The position numbers were made by a program, and so were the translations under genes. The notes below the pieces were generated by a model that searched no databases, was not told the origin of the DNA, and saw nothing but the letters and a program-made list of their open reading frames with translations. This document shows, one piece after another, positions 9,202-18,460 of a stretch of 64,000 nt of DNA. Origin of the DNA: a virus (taxonomy: Duplodnaviria; Caudoviricetes); the IMG/VR virus record IMGVR_UViG_3300027365_000007; one strand, given 5' to 3'. How positions within the stretch are numbered: the first letter of the stretch is position 1; every line of letters starts with the position of its first letter.

Positions 9202-9972
9202 CTAATCCCATATCTCTTCTGTGAACTCATCCCACATATCAGGACTTATCAAATAGAAACCGTCTGGCATATAACACATAATCTCTGTCTCCCGTGGAGG
9301 AATATCTTCTGATCCAACTATTTTATGAACGTTGTAATCATCACTAATGTCTGTTTCAATGGTATTATATAATTCGGATATAAATAGTTCAATAAAAGTG
9401 TCGCCTATTTCTTTTTCATGCTCTGTTTCATATTTTATTGATTCTTTAACTTGTTTAACTTCATCAAGGCTTCGGCAATATTCTATCTTGAAAATCTCTC
9501 TATTATATTTTGAAACGACATCGTTCAATTCTTCACTTGTGATATCATCATCCAACTCTTCTATTTCATCAATGATTTGATCGGCAACAAATGCAGGCAT
9601 GTCCTCTGCGTTAAACTGTGCCGTGAAATCTTCAACACCTTCCGCATAGTATAGTGTATAATCACCGACAGGAACGACTACTTTAAGAACACCATATGCG
9701 TCGGCAGTATTATGATCTTGCGTTGCATAGAAAAGGTCTCGTATAGGTAATCCATAACTCTGCTTAAGGATCTGATTGGCTATAGCGTTGATAATCTGCG
9801 GAGTGTCTTTAGAGCCCTTCCTAAAGTGAAATTTGTTTAATGTATAGGGATCAACGTTCCCACCTGTACCGTGATATAAAGTGAAATCGGGGTATTTGTG
9901 TTGGAAATCTTTTACTGCGTTAAACAGTTGTTCATTGTTTTGGTTTTCATTTAGTATATCTTTTATTTTCAT
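9202..9972 (-). CDS. ART-fold paralogue B with leader MKIKDILNE
   Basis: LYHGT...SKDT...FYAT...ADAYG...TEIMC. Confidence 0.62.
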   Translation of the reverse strand: MKIKDILNENQNNEQLFNAVKDFQHKYPDFTLYHGTGGNVDPYTLNKFHFRKGSKDTPQIINAIANQILKQSYGLPIRDLFYATQDHNTADAYGVLKVVVPVGDYTLYYAEGVEDFTAQFNAEDMPAFVADQIIDEIEELDDDITSEELNDVVSKYNREIFKIEYCRSLDEVKQVKESIKYETEHEKEIGDTFIELFISELYNTIETDISDDYNVHKIVGSEDIPPRETEIMCYMPDGFYLISPDMWDEFTEEIWD

Positions 9973-10403
9973 TTTATTTCCTTATATGAGCTTCGTATAA
10001 CTTGCGCATTGTTATCTTTAGCCCATTTAATTAATGGTGATACATTACCTAAGTCATTCGTCTCAATCGTTCTTAAATGGGTGTCACCCACTACAACAGC
10101 AATTGTTTGATACCGGCAATCATTTACTACATTGTTCAAATGCTTAACCATTGAAACCTCACGCTTTTCAAACTGACTTCTTAAGTCATCATTATATTTC
10201 ACTTCATCTTCCAAAGGGAGAACATCTACGTTGGGTAATGCGTCATTGTAAAATTCTTTATCTTCCCAATACAGTTCGTGGATTATAACATCTGGGTTTA
10301 GTCTTACGACAGCGTTTCTAATTCTCTCAACTTCTTCTGGTATAGTGTGATTTTCACCGTAAATATATACTGATTTTGGGACATCAATATCTTTTATTTT
10401 CAT
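9969..10403 (-). CDS. Minimal TraB/Tiki/ChaN-superfamily domain protein with leader MKIKDI
   Basis: YIYGENH, VIIHE, REVSM and VVVGDTHL match the family metal-binding pattern. Confidence 0.55.
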   Translation of the reverse strand: MKIKDIDVPKSVYIYGENHTIPEEVERIRNAVVRLNPDVIIHELYWEDKEFYNDALPNVDVLPLEDEVKYNDDLRSQFEKREVSMVKHLNNVVNDCRYQTIAVVVGDTHLRTIETNDLGNVSPLIKWAKDNNAQVIRSSYKEIK

Positions 10404-10456
10404 GATTAAATCCTGTATTTTTATTTATTTATCTTCCTTGTGAATCGAATACCTAT

Positions 10457-10705
10457 ATGATATCATTAGTCATTATGAAAAATATAACATTGAAAAAAGA
10501 ATACTACTGGTTAGAAGTGGATCAGCATGGAAACACATCACAGCCTAGAGTGGCTGGTAGTTTCGATGATGGTTACTTTAATTTGAATAAATCTGGAATT
10601 ACAGACAAACATATAGCCATACAACGTCTCGAAAAGTATTATGAAGTTGGTGGTTCTGGTGAATATATTCTTGTTGAAAAGCACATGAAGGATAACAATG
10701 ACTGA
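10457..10705 (+). CDS. Hypothetical protein
   Basis: ORF; start uncertain. Confidence 0.55.
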   Translation: MISLVIMKNITLKKEYYWLEVDQHGNTSQPRVAGSFDDGYFNLNKSGITDKHIAIQRLEKYYEVGGSGEYILVEKHMKDNND

Positions 10706-11087
10706 GGATATTGCAACGAACAAAGTAAATGATAAGTTATTATATAAACAGCCACAACTGTCTTATGTGATAAAAGTTGTAAAATTACGCCATAGATTTA
10801 TTTTTTATGCACAGGACCGTACCGGCTATGATTTTAGTACTTTATACGATTTATGCATTAATCAACCAACTCAACAATTATGTGATATTCTAAGGGACTA
10901 TGTAACAGAACCATACAAAAATCTAGAAGCTGAAATTTCCTTTGATTCACGGCAATACAAAGAAATATTTCCAAAGGGTTCTGAAATTAGATACTTCTAT
11001 GTAATGATTAGATTTAAAAGTCGGGATAAAATTAATAAAATGAAACTGAAATATCCCAAGCTGATGGATGAGATAGGGGTAGCATAA
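10698..11087 (+). CDS. Hypothetical protein, F..N.FKL..P family
   Basis: C-terminus VMIRFKSRDKINKMKLKYPKL. Confidence 0.65.
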   Translation: MTEDIATNKVNDKLLYKQPQLSYVIKVVKLRHRFIFYAQDRTGYDFSTLYDLCINQPTQQLCDILRDYVTEPYKNLEAEISFDSRQYKEIFPKGSEIRYFYVMIRFKSRDKINKMKLKYPKLMDEIGVA

Positions 11088-11455
11088 TGCCATCTAGTGA
11101 AAATATACATCATTTAACGTTAGAATATGCGTGTAACCGTTATGCTTTTTGTCAATATGTAATCGGGAATCATAGTAATTTCAAATCACAAACAATTAAG
11201 CATGAGGTAATACATAATCGTTCTGGAACACAGTATGAAGAGTTGCTGAACATTCTTGAAGAGTATGTTAAATCCTCTATCAAACCTATTTGGGATGTTG
11301 CAATCAATGTTGACGTAGAACATTCTAACCTATTATTCCCAACAGGACTTAATCAGCGAACAATAGTAGTTCATATCAAAATAGATGCTGATGTTTATAA
11401 TCTATTTAAATTAAAACACTCAAAATTCCATCAACAGCTTAAATCAACTCAATAA
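11087..11455 (+). CDS. Hypothetical protein, F..N.FKL..P family
   Basis: C-terminus VHIKIDADVYNLFKLKHSKF. Confidence 0.65.
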   Translation: MPSSENIHHLTLEYACNRYAFCQYVIGNHSNFKSQTIKHEVIHNRSGTQYEELLNILEEYVKSSIKPIWDVAINVDVEHSNLLFPTGLNQRTIVVHIKIDADVYNLFKLKHSKFHQQLKSTQ

Positions 11456-12383
11456 GTTCTAGAAAAACATCAACCATGAATTCAGATTGATAATCTATTG
11501 CATATGCGTGTTTAAAAAATAACATAGCTTCATATTTTTTTAGGTCTGACGGATCTTGTGTTTCTTCGATTTTGTCCACGTAACGTTTTATATTACCCAT
11601 GTAATTATTAATAATTGTACCGAGTGTTCTTTTAATACTGTTTAGAACTCTATCAAAATTATCATGGTTGCTTATAACTTCTTTCAAATACTCTTCACAT
11701 TCTTCTATTACACGCTGTTTGAACTCTTTGAAAGTTTTAAACTGCTCGTCATCCAATACACTAGTTACATAGCCGAAGAAACCATACACACTGTCTTCAA
11801 CATTATTTTTAAATGTATTATTCTCACCCATTGCATATGCCATATTATCAAGAATATAGCTAGTGAAGTGACCACCAAACTCTCCATGACTCGCGGCACT
11901 GAATCCATCAGTAAAATCGGTAACCCCGAGTGAATAGAAAATCTTATACTCTCCAAGAGGAAATATTATATATGGCGAACCATAGGATTTTGCACTTTTA
12001 ACCTGAGTTGTAACAAACATACCGTTGCGCACATTCACGCCATATTTTTTCTTTGATAGGTTATTAATATAATTATGAATAAAAACATTAGTGTCTTTAG
12101 GTTCGGTTCTTTCGCGAAATTCTAGATATTTGATGTCACCCATCAAGGTTTCAGTGCCATGAAATAAGAAATTGTCATATACGAACTTTTTAATTATATC
12201 GCCTTGGTTTTGTACTTTAGGATCATAGTTCCTTACGTTTGCATTGATTTGTTCTATCTTATCTTCTATGTATGAAAAGTATGGCGAGTTGTATATGTTT
12301 CTTGCAACGATTTCAGACGTAAGTACACCCTTATCTTCGTTTACTTGTTTATAAATTTCTGGAAATATATCTTCTATATTCAT
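11439..12383 (-). CDS. ART-fold paralogue C with leader MNIEDIFPE
   Basis: LFHGT...PKDT...FVTT...AKSYG...YEAML; TATAAATA at 12407-12414. Confidence 0.62.
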   Translation of the reverse strand: MNIEDIFPEIYKQVNEDKGVLTSEIVARNIYNSPYFSYIEDKIEQINANVRNYDPKVQNQGDIIKKFVYDNFLFHGTETLMGDIKYLEFRERTEPKDTNVFIHNYINNLSKKKYGVNVRNGMFVTTQVKSAKSYGSPYIIFPLGEYKIFYSLGVTDFTDGFSAASHGEFGGHFTSYILDNMAYAMGENNTFKNNVEDSVYGFFGYVTSVLDDEQFKTFKEFKQRVIEECEEYLKEVISNHDNFDRVLNSIKRTLGTIINNYMGNIKRYVDKIEETQDPSDLKKYEAMLFFKHAYAIDYQSEFMVDVFLELIELI

Positions 12384-12483
12384 ATTTTCAGCCCTTTTGT
12401 TTATTATATTTATAAAGGGTTTGAAAATGCTACAGAAAGTGAGAGGGATCTATCAGAAGAAATAGAAATGTATACTATGAAAG

Positions 12484-12696
12484 TTATTTACCTTTACTAT
12501 CTAAAAGCATGACATAGTTAGTAACGTCTCCGTCATTAATATAATTAATATCAGATGGCGATACCCAATTTAAAGGGGAAAGCCATTGATTGCCATCCCG
12601 ATCAATTCCTACTGCAACTACAGAATCGCCACCAGTGTTCCAGTAAAAACGATAGATACCAATATCAAGATTGTTTATTTCATCCTTAGTAATCAT
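12484..12696 (-). CDS. Hypothetical protein (70 aa)
   Basis: ORF in minus-strand operon. Confidence 0.6.
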   Translation of the reverse strand: MITKDEINNLDIGIYRFYWNTGGDSVVAVGIDRDGNQWLSPLNWVSPSDINYINDGDVTNYVMLLDSKGK

Positions 12697-13115
12697 AGCT
12701 TTTTCCTTATCTCTTCAATAACTTCATTTTCAAAATAAGCAATGGTTTCCATTTCTTTTTGATACAATCGGTTTTCAAGAAACCAAAAAATTTTACGCTT
12801 ATTTTTAGGCCATATGATGTTACGTTCTTCAACTTCTTCATCGTCATAGAAAAGCCGAGTTTGTAATGTCAATGAGCTACATTTCCCTACATTAGAAATA
12901 AAGAAAAAAGCTTCATCACTAAGTGTTGAAAATGTAATAGACAAACCATGTTTGACATCTTTTGGAACATAGGGATGCTCTTATGGATTGTTGGACATGT
13001 ATTTAATTTTATCTAGCTCTTCTGGACAGATATCTTTAAAATAGTCAGAGATAATATCATAAAGATACCTTGAATCCAGATCGTTATTTGTTTCTATGGT
13101 TATTGTATATCCCAT
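12693..13115 (-). pseudogene. 140-codon gene interrupted by an in-frame TAA at 12981-12983
   Basis: ATG 13115 ...MSNNP-TAA-EHPYVPKDVKHGLSITFS... continues in frame into ORF 12693..12944. Confidence 0.6.
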
Positions 13116-13117
13116 AC

Positions 13118-13480
13118 TCAACCTTCACCTTCTTCCAAATCGCGGTAATATTCTTCATCCGGTTTCCATGGAAATAGTTCTGAAATATGGAAGTAGCATA
13201 CCATTCCATCTGGAATGTCCATATTACCGTTTGTGTATACTTCTTTGTACAATGTAGATTCATCGTCGCAATTACGATAAGGGTTTTCTACAAGGCACAC
13301 GTAACGGTATTTCCATACACCCCAACGTTTGATATGTTTTTTAGCCCATTGAAAACATCTCTCACGAAGTTCTTCCTGTTCCTTTTCACGAATAATATCT
13401 TGTTTCCGAAGAAATTCTTCGCGTTCCCGTTCTTCGAGAATATAATTAGGGGTAAAAAATTTCTTAATTTTATGAAACAT
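13118..13480 (-). CDS. Hypothetical protein (120 aa)
   Basis: ORF in operon. Confidence 0.65.
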   Translation of the reverse strand: MFHKIKKFFTPNYILEEREREEFLRKQDIIREKEQEELRERCFQWAKKHIKRWGVWKYRYVCLVENPYRNCDDESTLYKEVYTNGNMDIPDGMVCYFHISELFPWKPDEEYYRDLEEGEG

Positions 13481-13740
13481 TATCGTACCCCGCTGAGGTA
13501 TTTTTGAGCCAGACCGTCGATCCAGTCATTGAGTTTAGTTTGTTGTACTTCAGTTACTTCGAATCGTTTGTTAGGGGAGCCCTTACCAGACGCAATCATA
13601 TCTTGGACTGCATTACGCATGAACTCAATATGCTTTGAATTAATCCAATAAGGATTATTATGGGAAAGACTTGTACCAGTACGCTGAAGATCAGTCATGG
13701 CTTTCACTTTCTTTTTCAGTTGCGGCATAGTTGCTTTCAT
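13480..13740 (-). CDS. Hypothetical protein
   Basis: RBS GGAG places the start at ATG 13740. Confidence 0.65.
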   Translation of the reverse strand: MKATMPQLKKKVKAMTDLQRTGTSLSHNNPYWINSKHIEFMRNAVQDMIASGKGSPNKRFEVTEVQQTKLNDWIDGLAQKYLSGVR

Positions 13741-13765
13741 AAGTAATCTCCATTTCAGTAGTACC

Positions 13766-13794
13766 ATTATAACAAAGGTAAAACTAAAAGTAAA
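13766..13794 (-). promoter_or_regulatory. sigma70-type early promoter
   Basis: TTTACT-17 nt-TATAAT with extended -10 TG. Confidence 0.75.
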
Positions 13795-13795
13795 A

Positions 13796-13990
13796 TTATT
13801 TTTTCAAAGTACGATGTTCTTCCCAATCTAGAACATCATATCTTCCTGTTACAACACCCCATGCATGTTTCAAACGTGTTTTCAATGACACAAATTTATA
13901 ATTTTCTGCACGAGCGGGAATCCATTCATGATGGTTTGTTTCAACTTGAGTATCCCAATTTTTAATCTGCTCAGCCGTATACTTAGACAT
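13796..13990 (-). CDS. Hypothetical protein (64 aa)
   Basis: ORF in operon. Confidence 0.6.
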   Translation of the reverse strand: MSKYTAEQIKNWDTQVETNHHEWIPARAENYKFVSLKTRLKHAWGVVTGRYDVLDWEEHRTLKK

Positions 13991-14180
13991 TACCTTCCCT
14001 CTCTTTTAAATCATTTACCACTTTATGAATCATTTTATGATCGACGTATCCTACTGTATTATCGACGCAGTACTTAACCATATCTCTAGGTAATACGTTG
14101 TTAGTAGTTAACAACCTACGATACATGAGATACGATTTCTTTTCATAATCTTTCAACCATGGCGCAACATTTTTAACCAT
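13983..14180 (-). CDS. Hypothetical protein (65 aa)
   Basis: ORF in operon, RBS GGGG. Confidence 0.6.
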   Translation of the reverse strand: MVKNVAPWLKDYEKKSYLMYRRLLTTNNVLPRDMVKYCVDNTVGYVDHKMIHKVVNDLKEREGNV

Positions 14181-14188
14181 AAAGCCCC

Positions 14189-14455
14189 CTAAATTCTTTC
14201 AGCCCAACCCATAGGCATTACATTGTATTTTGAACCACACTTAGAACACTTGATGTTCTGTGCCATTCCACCACTAGGCCCTTCAAGAAATTCACTATTA
14301 CCACAATCAAGACAACCATTTTTCGTTAGTTCATCAAACATCTTTTCATTCTCAGATCGGTTATCTTTCTTAAGTGATTTCATCATTTGTTTAAAGTAAG
14401 TACCCTTGTAAGTTGTTCGATTACGGTAATTGCCTTTAGGCCAAATATTAAACAT
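14189..14455 (-). CDS. Zinc-ribbon protein
   Basis: CLDCG...EGPSGGMAQNIKCSKCG. Confidence 0.65.
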   Translation of the reverse strand: MFNIWPKGNYRNRTTYKGTYFKQMMKSLKKDNRSENEKMFDELTKNGCLDCGNSEFLEGPSGGMAQNIKCSKCGSKYNVMPMGWAERI

Positions 14456-14457
14456 TA

Positions 14458-14748
14458 TTATTCCTCGATTTTAACTTTTCTTGAATCATAACAGTAACCA
14501 TCACCAACTTTCAATCGGGCTTGGTTAACTTCAACTTTCATACCATTTTCTAATAAAATGATAGCATCCCTACGCTTTAGCTCAAGAATTGCTTCAACCT
14601 TACTTTCACCAAAACAGCGAAATTCGTATGTCTCTCCCCACCAAAAACCATAGGCGATAAATCCAACAAACATTAGTATAGTTACCCATCCGACAAACTT
14701 TTCGCCATTACCATTTAGAATTTCCCACAGCTTTTTTCTAAAGCTCAT
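14458..14748 (-). CDS. Small membrane-anchored protein
   Basis: Hydrophobic FVGWVTILMFVGFIAYGFWW. Confidence 0.6.
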   Translation of the reverse strand: MSFRKKLWEILNGNGEKFVGWVTILMFVGFIAYGFWWGETYEFRCFGESKVEAILELKRRDAIILLENGMKVEVNQARLKVGDGYCYDSRKVKIEE

Positions 14749-14926
14749 TATTACGCCTCGATTCCATTAGCTTTTCGACAGCTTCCAAATCACGCTTAAG
14801 CTCTTCGCTATTAAGAAGTGCCTCCCCATCTTTAACTCTTACGCTTGGACCAGTCCATTCAACATTTGATTCAATGTTATCTGGCATATAAAACAGTCCT
14901 TTAAGAAACTTCATGATCTTATTCAT
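14738..14926 (-). CDS. Hypothetical protein (62 aa)
   Basis: ORF in operon. Confidence 0.55.
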   Translation of the reverse strand: MNKIMKFLKGLFYMPDNIESNVEWTGPSVRVKDGEALLNSEELKRDLEAVEKLMESRRNNEL

Positions 14927-15138
14927 AGGTTTCCACCAATAGTCAATGTGCCTACCTTTGCTTTTTTAAAGCCAAACCTTCTCAGTTGTTCTTCAGCACT
15001 TTTAACATCGCGATCATTTTGAAATGCAGAACTTTGTAAACCAGTTTCGGCAAGAGAATTGTATTCATCAGATACCCATGTTGAAACTGTCACAGGCATA
15101 TCAAAGTCGCTGTACTGTTCTAAATTTACAATCAACAT
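14923..15138 (-). CDS. Hypothetical protein (71 aa)
   Basis: ORF in operon. Confidence 0.55.
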   Translation of the reverse strand: MLIVNLEQYSDFDMPVTVSTWVSDEYNSLAETGLQSSAFQNDRDVKSAEEQLRRFGFKKAKVGTLTIGGNL

Positions 15139-15139
15139 G

Positions 15140-15352
15140 TCACATATCCTTTTTAGGTTTATAGATTTGGAAATCTACTTCAGTTGTAGCAAAAACGATT
15201 GTATTATTTGGAAAGTTTTGTCTGAGTGCATTAGCTAAAGACTTTGTATAACTTTGTGTTGTATCTTTGTCGATCTTAATCAAAAGAACTTCGTCTTCGG
15301 ATAACTCAAACTTTTCAATACTTTTAATTTTTGCTTCATCATTTTGATTCAT
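15140..15352 (-). CDS. Hypothetical protein (70 aa)
   Basis: RBS GAGGA. Confidence 0.6.
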   Translation of the reverse strand: MNQNDEAKIKSIEKFELSEDEVLLIKIDKDTTQSYTKSLANALRQNFPNNTIVFATTEVDFQIYKPKKDM

Positions 15353-15450
15353 AGACTTCCTCGAATTTGGCTCAGCGGTACGATGATCATATCACCCCTG
15401 CGTTCTGGCATTAACCCTTCCGCTGAAAGCTGGCAGTACAGCTACACGTG
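15353..15450 (-). other. GC-rich structured intergenic element
   Basis: CAGCGG/CCGCTG encloses TGC/GCA and TGAT/ATCA hairpins; competing AGCTG/CAGCT hairpin. Confidence 0.4.
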
Positions 15451-16413
15451 TTATTTAAAAAAGCCACCAATACCAAATGATCCTAATGGATGACCACCAC
15501 ATGGCGATCCACGATTAGAAAGTTTCTTGGTAGAGATTTTAACTTCACTATTTGACGCATCATAAATGAAGTTAATGATTTCGTCATACTTAACGGTACT
15601 AGGCCCATAACTTCCTTTGGTAATGTATTCACTTTCGACAAGGCTGTCTTTCACGATAGCATTAATAAGATCATTGTAACATTTGTCTTTAGGATCAACA
15701 AGTCCCTTAACATTCATTTTATTTTTGTTGACTTGGAAGTGTGCTTCATCGTTAAAAATACGAACCTCACCATTCCATTCAAAATAATCAGCAACACGTT
15801 GGTATACATGAACTATTTGATTTTCATAACTCGGTACATATGTACAATCATCTTTATCTTCAGTGCATTTAAACTTACCTAGATAAACCATGATGTCATT
15901 GAAAGAACCATAAAAAGGAACACCAACATCTACCTTAGAAGTAGTTTTCTTTTTACCTTTTGGTGCAAATGTCTTCTCGAAGTCTTTAAATTCCTGACTA
16001 TCTTTACGTACAAAGAAATAGTTTGATCCGGCATAACGAAAAGCCATTTCAGATTTAATAACACCTTTTCTTACTGATCCGTTGATAAGAAGTTCAACCA
16101 TACCATCAGTACGGAAATCAAACTTCAAGTAACAGTCATGTTCTTTATTATAAACAACGGCTGACGGAACCTTTGCACTTTGTCCACGACTATCAACATC
16201 ATCATAGATAATAGCGTCTTTAAAACTGTTTGGTGTTTCAATTTCTAAGCAAGGCACTTTTGAGCGATAGCCTTCAGCCCAACGACGTGCACCACTACCA
16301 TCATGGTGTGGGAGTTTCGGCCAAGAATCATACAACGGTTTTCCATTATAAGTCTTACTAGAATTGGCACCGCAATAAAATACAATTTTAGAACAAGTTT
16401 TTTCGACAGCCAT
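15451..16413 (-). CDS. Hypothetical protein (320 aa)
   Basis: Long ORF, RBS GGAG. Confidence 0.75.
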   Translation of the reverse strand: MAVEKTCSKIVFYCGANSSKTYNGKPLYDSWPKLPHHDGSGARRWAEGYRSKVPCLEIETPNSFKDAIIYDDVDSRGQSAKVPSAVVYNKEHDCYLKFDFRTDGMVELLINGSVRKGVIKSEMAFRYAGSNYFFVRKDSQEFKDFEKTFAPKGKKKTTSKVDVGVPFYGSFNDIMVYLGKFKCTEDKDDCTYVPSYENQIVHVYQRVADYFEWNGEVRIFNDEAHFQVNKNKMNVKGLVDPKDKCYNDLINAIVKDSLVESEYITKGSYGPSTVKYDEIINFIYDASNSEVKISTKKLSNRGSPCGGHPLGSFGIGGFFK

Positions 16414-16426
16414 TATTAGTTCTCCA

Positions 16427-16672
16427 CTATTTAATTACAAACGATTGTTTGTCTTTTTTCGTGTTAATATACACATTCCTTACTGGTTCTTTGGACCGGA
16501 AAGATTGACGATATTCACATTTTTTACAAACAAAATCTTTAATAATATAATCATCAAAAAAGTGAAAGTCACATTCGTATTCATGATGACAAACTGCTTT
16601 CTTTAAAAACGTTTTCACACTCACATCAAAATCCTTTAATGACAGAAATGAAATCCAATGCTTGGTCTTCAT
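16427..16672 (-). CDS. Small Cys/His-containing protein
   Basis: CHHEY...CKKC; start probably MKTKHW. Confidence 0.5.
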   Translation of the reverse strand: MKTKHWISFLSLKDFDVSVKTFLKKAVCHHEYECDFHFFDDYIIKDFVCKKCEYRQSFRSKEPVRNVYINTKKDKQSFVIK

Positions 16673-16925
16673 TGAATCCACGCTCAGTTAGGTCACGTGC
16701 CATCTTAAGGTAACGCTTCTTCGCGTAGGATTGTTGAACGTTTTCCCACTTTTCATATTCCCAACCACATCCATCCATATGATTGCTGGTGCACAAGGTA
16801 TCATGGAGAACGGTAGCAAACTTTTGCTCAGGAGTCAAGTTCTTATATTTTTCAATAAGGGCTTTGTGTTCCTTTTCCAGCTTTTTCAGTTCAGATTCAA
16901 TTTCTTTAATAGGTTTATAACACAT
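16626..16925 (-). CDS. Hypothetical protein (99 aa)
   Basis: ORF; LHDTLCTSNHMDGCGWEYE. Confidence 0.6.
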   Translation of the reverse strand: MCYKPIKEIESELKKLEKEHKALIEKYKNLTPEQKFATVLHDTLCTSNHMDGCGWEYEKWENVQQSYAKKRYLKMARDLTERGFNEDQALDFISVIKGF

Positions 16926-16973
16926 GCTTAATATTTCTTTTAAAGTTGCTTGAAACTATCACAATGGCTTAAA

Positions 16974-17309
16974 TTAATCCCACCACAAACCATTTCGTAC
17001 AACATGTTTAGTGGCTACCATGACATCATGAAGTGAATTAGAATCACCCGGTTCTTCACATACACCAGTACGTTTTTCATCACTCAATGCTTCAAGATGG
17101 TCAAGGTTTTGACCATGTGGGACTCGTGTCTTTTCCATACACATAGTAGAACCATCATCGTATACCCAACCACATTCAACGATTTGCTTTGGATATTTCT
17201 GCTGAAGCTCCCCAAACAGGTTAACCCATGTGGGGAACACGCTTGGTTCAAAGTCTACCAGTTCACCATTGACTTTAAAATATTTTTTAATTGCAGTAGC
17301 CATGTTCAC
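16974..17309 (-). CDS. Hypothetical protein
   Basis: RBS GAGGG; TTGTAA-17-TATAAT promoter upstream. Confidence 0.65.
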   Translation of the reverse strand: MNMATAIKKYFKVNGELVDFEPSVFPTWVNLFGELQQKYPKQIVECGWVYDDGSTMCMEKTRVPHGQNLDHLEALSDEKRTGVCEEPGDSNSLHDVMVATKHVVRNGLWWD

Positions 17310-17370
17310 ACCCTCGCGTTATTAACTAACTATACTACTATTATAGTGAATCTAAACCAAAATTACAACA

Positions 17371-17835
17371 CTAAATTTTACATTCAATAGGTTTCATACC
17401 AGAAACCATGTTATGTGTGTAAGAACAAAAGTTATGATGAGCAGGACCAATCTTTTTAAGCGGTGTATCACTATTAGGATCAATAGTGTTCCTATGGTTG
17501 AGTAGATCATAATCAATCATATTTTCGATGATTTTTTCATTTGAATTAAGCATACTAATTATATGATTAGAGCTACTAATAATCTTAGCAATATCGATTG
17601 CATCATACTTTTTGATACTAACCATGGAATCGACATTATTACCCTGACGTTCTTTTTCAAGCACGAATATCTTCATAGTGTCGTTAGGAGCAGACACATC
17701 ATTATCACGGTCGGTATAGATATGAATAACACTATTCTTAGAAAACAGTACTAGCATAGTTCCAGAGGATGTCAAAGGAAGCAAAACCTTTCTAATGTGA
17801 GAGTTGAACATGATTTCTGCATTATACTGATCCAT
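17371..17835 (-). CDS. Hypothetical protein (154 aa)
   Basis: ORF. Confidence 0.6.
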   Translation of the reverse strand: MDQYNAEIMFNSHIRKVLLPLTSSGTMLVLFSKNSVIHIYTDRDNDVSAPNDTMKIFVLEKERQGNNVDSMVSIKKYDAIDIAKIISSSNHIISMLNSNEKIIENMIDYDLLNHRNTIDPNSDTPLKKIGPAHHNFCSYTHNMVSGMKPIECKI

Positions 17836-17890
17836 ACCTAATATCCATATTTTGTTTGTTTTTCTATATTACAGGATCTAAAATCTAAAA

Positions 17891-18391
17891 TCAAGACTCT
17901 AGGTTAATCAGTTTTTTGAACTCTTCCCAGATATCTTTAATTTCCATGTTGTAACAGTCTGCTTTAACCACAAAATTATTGTCACCATCTACCTGACCTT
18001 TCTTGAGAAATCTTGCTTTTTGAAAATAGGTTTCTTTTGGAATCATACCTAAAAACCATAATGTATCCATATTGGCATTTACCCGACAAAAAGCATATAA
18101 GTCGCATTTCTGTTTGGTGTTATAGGCTGCAATACTACATTCATAATAGTCTTTTGGTTTTACGGTAGTACGCTTTGTTTTAACATCAATTGTGACGTTA
18201 TTAAACCATGTCAGATCACTATCGTAAGTGTTGTTATGTTCAGCTCCTAGTAACTCAGCCAAAACAACTTCGCCTACAAATCCTGCTAAGTTTCCTTGAC
18301 CACTTGTAATACTATTGTTTAGTTTTCCTAATTCGTCTGCTAGTTTTTTAGCTTTTTTGATATGATGTTGTTTGATTGGGATTTCTTTCAT
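17891..18391 (-). CDS. PD-(D/E)xK restriction-like nuclease, late promoter
   Basis: GFVGEVV...YDSDL...IDVKTKR; TATAAATA at 18422-18429. Confidence 0.65.
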   Translation of the reverse strand: MKEIPIKQHHIKKAKKLADELGKLNNSITSGQGNLAGFVGEVVLAELLGAEHNNTYDSDLTWFNNVTIDVKTKRTTVKPKDYYECSIAAYNTKQKCDLYAFCRVNANMDTLWFLGMIPKETYFQKARFLKKGQVDGDNNFVVKADCYNMEIKDIWEEFKKLINLES

Positions 18392-18421
18392 TGGTCACCT
18401 TTTAGAATTGTTATGGTGTAA

Positions 18422-18435
18422 TATTTATATAAATA
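18422..18435. promoter_or_regulatory. Overlapping bidirectional late promoter
   Basis: Perfect palindrome TATTTATATAAATA. Confidence 0.8.
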
Positions 18436-18460
18436 AATTTATAGTCTAAAGAGGATAACC

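Noticed and set aside
12981-12983. Stop-codon reassignment
   Set aside because: The only in-frame interruption is TAA. All three stops end genes normally and core genes are intact in the standard code.
15353-15450. Known ribozyme or riboswitch
   Set aside because: No hammerhead (CUGANGA/GAAA), twister, pistol or c-di-GMP consensus recognisable
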